A DNA stretch of 64,000 nt from Bacilli bacterium (GCA_050948865.1 JBMNEQ010000003.1:70831-134830); one strand, 5' to 3'. Counted from the first letter of the stretch, positions 9,841 through 16,707 are shown. Program-made: numbers and translations. The notes: generated from the letters alone by a model not told the origin.

Positions 9841-11655
9841 GTGCTTAATTTGAGTATTAATTTATATTTTCCTTTATCAGGTTTATTTTTTATTCTTTTT
9901 ATGTTAGGACTTTACTTCTCTAAAAAACGTTTAATAACTATAGAGAATAAACTTTATAGAAAACTTTTAGTGATTAGTTTAATAACTTTATTATTAAATA
10001 TTTTAGTAATAGCTTTTAATAATAATTCCTTTTTTATGATTATTTTCTTTAAATTAAACTTAATTTCTATCTTAGTTTGGTTTATGCTTTTAACTTTCCT
10101 TTTACAAGTTTTAACTTTAAAGAAAAAAGAAAGAACTAATGATTATTTTTCTAACTTATTTAAAAGAAGTTTATTTTGGATAATATCTTTTGGTTTAATA
10201 AGTAGTTTAATCTTATTAGTTTTACCAATTAAAAAAACTAACTATTTAGAAGGATATAGCCTTTATTTTCTTTATTTAATAATAACCTTTTTAATGATTA
10301 CTTGGTTTATTCGTTATTTAAAAAGAAATAAACGAATCAAAAGAAAACAAAATAGTATTTTATTAATAGTCTTTTTCTTAGTTTTTCTTATTACTTTAGG
10401 TCAAATATTTTATCCAGAATTTTTCTCTTTACTATTAATAATTTATTTAATACCAGTTGTTATTTATTTTTGGTTAGATAATTTTGATTTAGAACTATTA
10501 AACAAACTTAAAGAAGAAAAAGAACGGGCTAATTTAGCCGAAACAACAAAAATAGATCTTTTATTAAAAGCAACTCATGAAATAAGAACCCCTTTAAATA
10601 CAATCTTAGGCTTTAGTCAATCCATGATTGATGAAACCTCCTTAGAAAGTATTAAAGAAGATGCCAAGCAGATAAAAGAAGCCTCTAAAAAGCTTCTTCA
10701 TGTTATTGATAATATTTTAGATGTTTATAAACCAGAACATGAAGAAATTAGTTTTGTTTATAGTGAATATAATATTAATAATTTATTCAAACAAATAACT
10801 TCTTTAATAGAATCTAAATTAAAGAAAGAAGTAGAATTTAAGTTAGAAATAAGAAAAGAAATACCATCTGTTTTATATGGAGATAGTATTGTCATTAAAA
10901 AGATCTTACTTAATCTTTTAGAACATTCAGTTAAATATACTAAAGAAGGTTATATCAAGTTAAAAATAGATAATTTAACAATAGGTAATATTTGCCGTTT
11001 AAAAATAAGAATAGAAGATAGTGGAAGAGGAATCTCAGTTGATGAATTAGAAAAGATCTTTTTAGAAAAAAGAATTGATGAAAAAAGATTAAAAGAAGGA
11101 GAAGTAGACCTTAATTTAGCAACAACCAAAAGATTAATTGAATTAATGAATGGACAGTTTATAGTAGAAAGTGAATATAATGATGGAACAGTTTATAAAA
11201 TATCACTTGATCAAAAAACTTTAAAACCAGAAGAAAAAGAAGAACAACCTCTTACAGAAATAAATTATAAAGAATTTATTGGTAAAAAAATATTAGTGGT
11301 TGATGATGATCCTTTAAACTATAAAGTAGTTTCTAAATTATTAAAAGATTATCAATTAATAATAGACAGTGTTTCTAGTGGTAGAAAATGTTTAGAAAAG
11401 ATTAATAATCAAGAAGAATATGATTTAATTCTTTTAGATGACAGAATGCCTAATATGAGTGGAGTAGAAACTTTAAAAGAATTAGAAAAAGATAAAAAGT
11501 TTAATATCCCCGTTATTGCCTTAACGGCGAATGTTTCTTATGGTATTAAAGAAAAGTATTTACAAGAAGGATTTGATGATTATATCCCTAAACCAATTGA
11601 AAAGAAAGTCTTAGAAAAGGTTATTAAAAAATATTTAAGTATGGAAATTAGATAA
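9841..11655 (+). CDS. hybrid sensor histidine kinase/response regulator paralog with degenerate ATP-binding motifs
   Basis: H box THEIRTPLN and a REC domain (VVDDD...LLDDRMP...ALTAN...KP). The N box reads LLEHSVKYT and the G2 position reads EVDLNLA instead of GxGLGL. Confidence 0.8.
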   Translation: MLNLSINLYFPLSGLFFILFMLGLYFSKKRLITIENKLYRKLLVISLITLLLNILVIAFNNNSFFMIIFFKLNLISILVWFMLLTFLLQVLTLKKKERTNDYFSNLFKRSLFWIISFGLISSLILLVLPIKKTNYLEGYSLYFLYLIITFLMITWFIRYLKRNKRIKRKQNSILLIVFFLVFLITLGQIFYPEFFSLLLIIYLIPVVIYFWLDNFDLELLNKLKEEKERANLAETTKIDLLLKATHEIRTPLNTILGFSQSMIDETSLESIKEDAKQIKEASKKLLHVIDNILDVYKPEHEEISFVYSEYNINNLFKQITSLIESKLKKEVEFKLEIRKEIPSVLYGDSIVIKKILLNLLEHSVKYTKEGYIKLKIDNLTIGNICRLKIRIEDSGRGISVDELEKIFLEKRIDEKRLKEGEVDLNLATTKRLIELMNGQFIVESEYNDGTVYKISLDQKTLKPEEKEEQPLTEINYKEFIGKKILVVDDDPLNYKVVSKLLKDYQLIIDSVSSGRKCLEKINNQEEYDLILLDDRMPNMSGVETLKELEKDKKFNIPVIALTANVSYGIKEKYLQEGFDDYIPKPIEKKVLEKVIKKYLSMEIR

Positions 11656-11731
11656 ATTCACCACTTATTTAATTTTAAAACAGTTTAAATTACAATTAAA
11701 CTATTTTTTTAATACTTTATCTTGGTATTAA

Positions 11732-11760
11732 TTGTCAATAAACTTAGTTTTTGGTATAAT
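11732..11760 (+). promoter_or_regulatory. sigma-A-like promoter of the DGR target gene
   Basis: TTGTCA (11732-11737), a 17-nt spacer ending in TGG, then TATAAT (11755-11760). Lies 27 nt upstream of the GTG start. Confidence 0.45.
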
Positions 11761-11787
11761 TAATCTAAAGGAAAGTAGGGAGATAAA

Positions 11788-13287
11788 GTGAAAAGAAAAC
11801 AAGGTTTTACTCTAATAGAACTATTAACAGTCATTATAGTCTTAATAATTATAGTTTCTATAGCAGTACCAAATATTATGAAAGTAGTAAATAACTCTAA
11901 AGAAAGATCATACCAGTTATTAATAGAATCAATTGAAAGTAGTGCTCAGTTATATGTATCTAAAGATCGAAAAACAGTAACTAATTACTTAAAGGAGCAT
12001 GAAGGAGATTCTTTTAAGATAACATTAAAGGATTTAGTAGGAGATGGTCTATTAAAAGATAAAATAATAAATCCCAGAAATAATGAAGTAATTTCTCTTA
12101 CGAAAAGTGTTTTAGTAATGTATTCAGATAAAGGCTCTTTATTGTATTGTTATGAGGATAAGGAGTGTCCTCTACCATGTGAGGCACCACTTCCTTCGCC
12201 TTTTCCGCCTAAATTAGATTCTGGAATGATTCCAATAAGATGGGATAAAGATAATAATAAATGGGTAAAAGCAGATATAACTGAGGAATGGTATGATTAT
12301 AATAAGAAGGAATGGGCTAATGCGGTGTTGGTAAATAGCGGTTCAAGGGCAACTTATCAATCAGCAGCTCCCGGAAAAGTTATATCAGAAAGTGATGTTT
12401 TAGTTTATTTAGTTTGGATTCCAAGATATAGATATAAGTTATTTAATGTAGAGTTTGCAGCAAAATCTCCACAAACAATTGAAATAGAGTTTGAAACAAG
12501 TACCGCTAATAAAGCAACTGGTAAAGCAAATAATACATGGTTAACGCATCCAGCTTTTACCTTTGGAACTGAAGAATTAACCGGCTTTTGGATAGGTAAA
12601 TTTGAAACAACAGGAAGTGAATCAAGTCCTTCAGTAAAACCAGGAATATCATCTGTTAGAGATAAGACGGTAAGTGAGTTGTATAATATGAACAAATTAT
12701 TTAATAATTTAACAACATATGGATTAACAAGTAGTAGTGATGCTCATATGTTAAAGAATATGGAATGGGGAGCAGTAGCGTATTTAAGTCATAGTAAATA
12801 TGGAAAAAATGCAGAAATAACAATTAATACAAGCTCTTCTTACTGTACAGGAGGGTCATGTAATATAACCGCTTATTTTAGTAATACAGGTCAAAGTACA
12901 ACTGGTAATGTTTATGGAGTATATGACATGAGTGGGGGAGCAAATGAATATGTAATGGGGGCGATGTATAAAAGTGGAGATAAAAATATAAATGTTTCTG
13001 ATTCAGGTTTTATTCAAGCAACAATTGATGGAGATACAATGGCAAAATATATAGATAAGTATAATTATGGAACTTCAGTTTCCGATTATAGTCGTTCAAA
13101 ATTAGGGGATGCTACAGGAGAAACTAGAGGATGGTATAGCGATTTTGCGGGCTTCGTTTACTCGAGTGATTCTTGGTTTGAACGTGGCGGCATCTACAAT
13201 ATTGGCAGCGATGCAGGAGCTTTCTACTTCTACAGAAGCTTTGGCAATGGTTACAGCTACTACGGTAGCCGCCTCGGGGTCGCGTGA
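11788..13287 (+). CDS. type IV pilin-like (prepilin N-terminal cleavage/methylation signal) protein with a C-terminal DGR variable region; DGR target protein
   Basis: N-terminus KRKQG/FTLIELLTVIIVLIIIV, a class III signal with Gly-1, Phe+1 and Glu+5. The last ~47 codons coincide with the VR. C-terminal ...RGGIYNIGSDAGAFYFYRSFGNGYSYYGSRLGVA resembles CLec/FGE-type DGR variable domains. Confidence 0.9.
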   Translation: MKRKQGFTLIELLTVIIVLIIIVSIAVPNIMKVVNNSKERSYQLLIESIESSAQLYVSKDRKTVTNYLKEHEGDSFKITLKDLVGDGLLKDKIINPRNNEVISLTKSVLVMYSDKGSLLYCYEDKECPLPCEAPLPSPFPPKLDSGMIPIRWDKDNNKWVKADITEEWYDYNKKEWANAVLVNSGSRATYQSAAPGKVISESDVLVYLVWIPRYRYKLFNVEFAAKSPQTIEIEFETSTANKATGKANNTWLTHPAFTFGTEELTGFWIGKFETTGSESSPSVKPGISSVRDKTVSELYNMNKLFNNLTTYGLTSSSDAHMLKNMEWGAVAYLSHSKYGKNAEITINTSSSYCTGGSCNITAYFSNTGQSTTGNVYGVYDMSGGANEYVMGAMYKSGDKNINVSDSGFIQATIDGDTMAKYIDKYNYGTSVSDYSRSKLGDATGETRGWYSDFAGFVYSSDSWFERGGIYNIGSDAGAFYFYRSFGNGYSYYGSRLGVA

Positions 13288-13305
13288 GCGGTCCGTTTTC
13301 CGCAG
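13146..13305 (+). repeat. DGR variable repeat (VR), including the invariant 3' IMH-like end
   Basis: 160 nt align without gaps to 14084-14243. There are 16 mismatches, 15 of them at template adenines. The last 44 nt are identical in both copies. Confidence 0.9.
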
Positions 13306-13325
13306 CGAGAGCTTTTAAGCTCTCG
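13306..13325 (+). other. GC-rich hairpin immediately 3' of VR (candidate DGR target-recognition hairpin/cruciform)
   Basis: CGAGAGCT-TTTA-AGCTCTCG (8-bp stem, 4-nt loop) starts at the first base after VR/TR identity ends. It is absent after TR. Confidence 0.6.
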
Positions 13326-13395
13326 TTTCATCAAAATAACCCAGATGGATAAGTGAAAGGACTTTGGTTTTTGAAGGCCTTTGGAAAGTGAAATG

Positions 13396-13426
13396 AACGA
13401 AATGGCCACTTTTCAGCCATTTCGTT
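13396..13426 (+). other. stem-loop (11-bp stem)
   Basis: AACGAAATGGC-cacttttca-GCCATTTCGTT. No U-tract follows, so it is not a canonical terminator. Confidence 0.45.
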
Positions 13427-13481
13427 TCGAGTAAAATCGTTATAGGGGGGTACTAAAATTTTTTGTGGTACTTTTGAGTAA

Positions 13482-13519
13482 ATATCCTTCCGAGCCACGG
13501 TAGGGGCTCGGAAGGATAT
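13482..13519 (+). other. stem-loop (perfect 15-bp stem)
   Basis: ATATCCTTCCGAGCC-acggtagg-GGCTCGGAAGGATAT, G+C-rich relative to its surroundings. Confidence 0.5.
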
Positions 13520-13622
13520 AGGGAATTTGTCACCACTTCTTACGAAGTAGGGAGTGGTGCTAATTTCCTAAAACAAGGTTTTTATTTTTAATATTAGTAG
13601 AATATATTGCTGAGGAGGTGAA

Positions 13623-13982
13623 ATTATTAATTTAGTTATATTGAATGGAAGATTAGTAAGGGATCCGGAATTAAAGTTTACTGATTCTCAGATTCCATAT
13701 GTAAAAGTTTGCCTTGCCATTGATAGGATTTATAGTGATGATAAAGGAAAAAAATTAACTGACTTTATCGATGTTACTTTTTTTAGGAAACAAGCGGAAT
13801 TAATTCATAAATATTTGGATAAAGGAAGTCAAGTTTTAATACAAGGTAAATTAAAAACAAATTCATATAAAAATAAAGATGGGGAGAAAAGATATTCTTT
13901 GGATGTAATAGGGGATACTGTTCAGTTTTTAGAGACTAGGGCTCAAGCTGAAGCTAGGCGAAAGGAGGCTAAAGAAGAATAA
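13623..13982 (+). CDS. ssb: single-stranded DNA-binding protein (OB fold), lacking the acidic C-terminal tip; probable ATT start
   Basis: (I)INLVILNGRLVRDPEL...FIDVTFFRKQAE...GSQVLIQGKL is the canonical SSB N-terminal OB pattern. GGAGG lies at 13614-13618. No canonical start precedes the conserved beta-1 strand. The protein ends ...RRKEAKEE rather than DDDIPF. Confidence 0.75.
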   Translation: MINLVILNGRLVRDPELKFTDSQIPYVKVCLAIDRIYSDDKGKKLTDFIDVTFFRKQAELIHKYLDKGSQVLIQGKLKTNSYKNKDGEKRYSLDVIGDTVQFLETRAQAEARRKEAKEE

Positions 13983-14005
13983 ATAAAATTAAAAGAGTAG
14001 GACTA

Positions 14006-14060
14006 CTTATAGTACCAAATATGTTTTTAATGTTATTTAAATTATATTTGGTACTATAAG
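14006..14060 (+). other. perfect 17-bp inverted repeat (hairpin) between ssb and TR
   Basis: CTTATAGTACCAAATAT (14006-14022) and ATATTTGGTACTATAAG (14044-14060) with a 21-nt loop. Ends 23 nt before TR. Confidence 0.5.
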
Positions 14061-14083
14061 GGTACTAGGGATTAAGTCGTAAG

Positions 14084-14243
14084 TGCGAACTTCGTTAACT
14101 CGAGTTATTCTTGGTTTAAACGTGGCGGCAACTACAATAATGGCAGCAATGCAGGAGCTTTCAACTTCAACAGAAACAATGGCAATGGTAACAGCAACAA
14201 CGGTAGCCGCCTCGGGGTCGCGTGAGCGGTCCGTTTTCCGCAG
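14084..14243 (+). repeat. DGR template repeat (TR)
   Basis: Intergenic copy of the VR, rich in AAC/AAT codons when read in the VR frame (...NYNNGSNAGAFNFNRNNGNGNSNNGS...). The 5' boundary is approximate. Confidence 0.9.
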
Positions 14244-14244
14244 A

Positions 14245-14321
14245 CTACATTATTAAAACATTAAATTGTTTTACTAAAAATGTATAGTTTAAGGACTATA
14301 CTTAAAGGTATTATAATGTAG
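14245..14321 (+). other. nested three-stem RNA structure directly 3' of TR (candidate DGR RNA spacer element)
   Basis: Closing stem CTACATTAT (14245-14253) pairs with ATAATGTAG (14313-14321). It encloses hairpins TAAAACA/TGTTTTA (14254-14273) and GTATAGT/ACTATAC (14282-14301). Confidence 0.35.
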
Positions 14322-14461
14322 AGATTTAATTCCTTTCTTAAATGTTAATTTAAGATAAACACATTAATGTAATTTTTTGGTTAGTAGTAAAATGGCGAAT
14401 ATCAAAACATTACACATTAAGGGGGATAATTCCCCCTTGAAATTTATGAAAGGGTTTATTA

Positions 14462-14635
14462 ATGAATAAGTTATTTGATTTGAAATTAACAAATTTAAAT
14501 TTAGAAGTTTTAAAATGTGGTTTTTCTTTAAACAATTTAGAAAAATATATGGAGAAATTTAAAGAAAAAAATTTAAAAGTAGCGATCATAGAAAATAAAA
14601 AGATATTTTTTTATATTCTCGTTATAATGATATGA
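14462..14635 (+). CDS. 57-aa ORF with MutS domain-I-like segment (possible MutS-like DGR accessory protein)
   Basis: Below the ORF-track length cutoff. Its TGA overlaps the avd ATG (ATGA coupling). CGFSLNNLEKYMEKFKEKNLKVAIIEN aligns without gaps to MutS [27 protein letters not shown] at 10 of 27 positions. Confidence 0.4.
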   Translation: MNKLFDLKLTNLNLEVLKCGFSLNNLEKYMEKFKEKNLKVAIIENKKIFFYILVIMI

Positions 14636-14949
14636 TTTATTATGCTTATGATCTTTTATTAAAATATCCTAAAAGTGAAAGGTTTGCCCTTGTCGTTGAT
14701 ATAAAAAATATTATATATGAGGGTATGAGGGATGTAATTAAGATTCAGAAGGAACTTGATTATGGTGTAAAAATTAAATATTTACATGAATTGGATGTTA
14801 ATTTAAAATTATTAAAAGTTTTTGTTCGTTTATCTTTTAAAAGAAAATATATTAGTGAAAAAAACTATGAGGTGTGGAGTAGGCATATTACTCATATTAG
14901 CAATTTAATGGGAGGATTAATTAAGCATGCCAAAAACAATAAAGAATAG
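14632..14949 (+). CDS. avd: DGR accessory variability determinant (Avd-like four-helix-bundle protein)
   Basis: 105-aa helical protein with YPKSERFALV near the N-terminus and ISEKNYEVWSRHITHISNLMGGLIKH near the C-terminus. Overlaps the RT start by 23 nt. Confidence 0.75.
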   Translation: MIYYAYDLLLKYPKSERFALVVDIKNIIYEGMRDVIKIQKELDYGVKIKYLHELDVNLKLLKVFVRLSFKRKYISEKNYEVWSRHITHISNLMGGLIKHAKNNKE

Positions 14950-16039
14950 TTTTAATAATAAACTTACTTTTATGAATTTATATAAAGCTTATTTGCGTGC
15001 TAGAATGAATAAACCTAGTAGGGCAGAAATCTTTCTTTATGAAATTGACTTAGAAACGAATTTAACAAATTTATTAAATAATTTAAAAAAGGGAACATAT
15101 AAATTAGGTAAATATAGATCTTTTACTATTTATGAACCTAAAAAAAGGTTAATTAAATCTTTACCATTTGTTGATAGAATTGTTCATCAATGGATTGTAG
15201 AGGAGTTTATTAAACCTTTTTTTGTTCCTCGTTTTATTAATACTAACTGTGCTTGTATAGAGGGAAGGGGAACTCATTTTGCGGTGTTTAAGGTTCAAGA
15301 ATATATGCGAAAAATGAAAGTTATTTCGAATGATTATTATATTTTGAAATGTGATATTAAAAAATACTTTTACAGTATTGATAAAGGAATTTTATTTAAT
15401 ATTATTGCTAAGAAAATAAAAGATAAAAAACTATTAAAATTAATTGAAGTTTTAATTTATGATGATGATAATGATGTTGGAATTCCCATAGGAAATTATA
15501 CATCTCAATATTTTGCTAATATATATTTAGGGGAACTTGATAATTATATTAAATATAAATTAAGGATTAAATATATAGTTAGATATATGGATGATTTTGT
15601 TATTTTAGTTAAAAACAAAGAAGAAGCTAAAAGATATTATGGGTTGATTCAACAGTTTTTAAGAGATAATTTAAAATTAGAATTAAATCCTAAAAGTAAT
15701 TATTATCCATCGAAAATGGGGGTTAATTTTTGTGGTTATCGTATTTTTGAAACACATAGATTATTAAGAGAGAAAAGTAAGAAAAAAGTAAAGAAAAAAA
15801 TAAAAGGATGGAATAAAGAATTTTTAAAAAACAAAATGTTATTTAATAAAATAGTTTTATCATGGAATTCTTGGCTTGCTCATTCTTCGCATGCGAATAG
15901 TTATAAATTACAAAAAAAGTTATATAATAGAATTATCTTTAAAGGATTTTTAAAAAATCCTAATTCTTTAAATAAAGATAATATTAAAAACTTTAATATT
16001 GGTGAATTTATTGTTTATGATGATTATAATAATCATTAA
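14927..16039 (+). CDS. DGR-type reverse transcriptase
   Basis: YEPKKRLI...DRIVHQ (motifs 1-2), IPIGNYTSQYFANIYL (the DGR-typical SQ motif), and RYMDDFVIL (the YxDD catalytic motif). No RNase H, maturase or endonuclease domain. Confidence 0.9.
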   Translation: MPKTIKNSFNNKLTFMNLYKAYLRARMNKPSRAEIFLYEIDLETNLTNLLNNLKKGTYKLGKYRSFTIYEPKKRLIKSLPFVDRIVHQWIVEEFIKPFFVPRFINTNCACIEGRGTHFAVFKVQEYMRKMKVISNDYYILKCDIKKYFYSIDKGILFNIIAKKIKDKKLLKLIEVLIYDDDNDVGIPIGNYTSQYFANIYLGELDNYIKYKLRIKYIVRYMDDFVILVKNKEEAKRYYGLIQQFLRDNLKLELNPKSNYYPSKMGVNFCGYRIFETHRLLREKSKKKVKKKIKGWNKEFLKNKMLFNKIVLSWNSWLAHSSHANSYKLQKKLYNRIIFKGFLKNPNSLNKDNIKNFNIGEFIVYDDYNNH

Positions 16040-16600
16040 TAATTGAAGCTGTATTTTTAAAGTTTACTTTAGAACACATTAATAATTTATTTAAATTATA
16101 TTTGTTTATTATTTTAAAAGCTGTTTTTTTTGTTTTATAATTAGCCCCATAAGGTAAAGCGATTTTTAGTTCATTGCTTAGTTTTTCCATTTCTTTGATA
16201 AAAAAGTATCTACTTATTATAGAAGCACAGGCGACACTTAAATGGACTTCTTCAGCTTTTACTAAAAATTCAACATTTTTAATAATCTTTTTATTTCCAT
16301 TTAAATATTTAAAGTATTTTTTTTCCTTAACAAATTTATCAATAATAATATAGTCATAATTTTTTATTGTTTTTGTAATTTCTATTAATACTTTATTATG
16401 TAAAATAGCTTTTATTTGATTTAAATTTAAGTTTAAACTGTTATATTCTTTATTTTTTAAGATAATAGATTTAGATGGTATATATTTTAATAATTTTAAA
16501 GCAATCTTTTTAATTTTAAAATCAGGAATTTTTTTAGAGTCTTTAACATTTAATTTTTTTAAAAAATTAATATCTTCCTTTTTTACATAGGTAGCGGTTA
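16008..16600 (-). pseudogene. RNase HIII-type ribonuclease H, 3' fragment (gene split by an IS insertion)
   Basis: Minus-strand frame is open from 16600 to the stop at 16008. It reads ...VKDSKKIPD...IIIDKF...KAEEVHLSVACASIISRYFF...LPYGAN. It overlaps the RT 3' end by 32 nt. Confidence 0.7.
16574..16600. repeat. 27-bp target-site duplication, left copy
   Basis: CTTCCTTTTTTACATAGGTAGCGGTTA is identical to 18278-18304. Confidence 0.85.
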
Positions 16601-16707
16601 AGTGATTAACTTATGATAATGTCTTAAGTGTTATCTTTTGATTATGTCTCAAAAGTAATTTATAATATATCACTGAGGTGATATGAATGAGAAAGGAACA
16701 ATTAAGA

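Noticed and set aside
12405-12695. 96-aa minus-strand ORF and the 69-aa plus-strand ORF at 13109-13318, both inside or overlapping the DGR target gene
   Set aside because: Both lie fully within a strongly supported CDS or its VR in other frames. They have no RBS and low-complexity translations. The 13109 ORF exists only because the G+C-rich VR lacks stop codons.
13446-14066. Recurring GGTACT hexamers (13446, 13468, 14050, 14061 and the reverse complement at 14012) as possible regulator binding sites in the DGR
   Set aside because: The motif is short, two of the copies are just the arms of the 17-bp hairpin, and spacing is inconsistent. This is too weak to call an operator.
16008-16190. 60-aa minus-strand ORF listed as a separate gene
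   Set aside because: It is only the Met-initiated tail of a longer open frame (16008-16600). That frame continues the RNase H gene interrupted by the IS.
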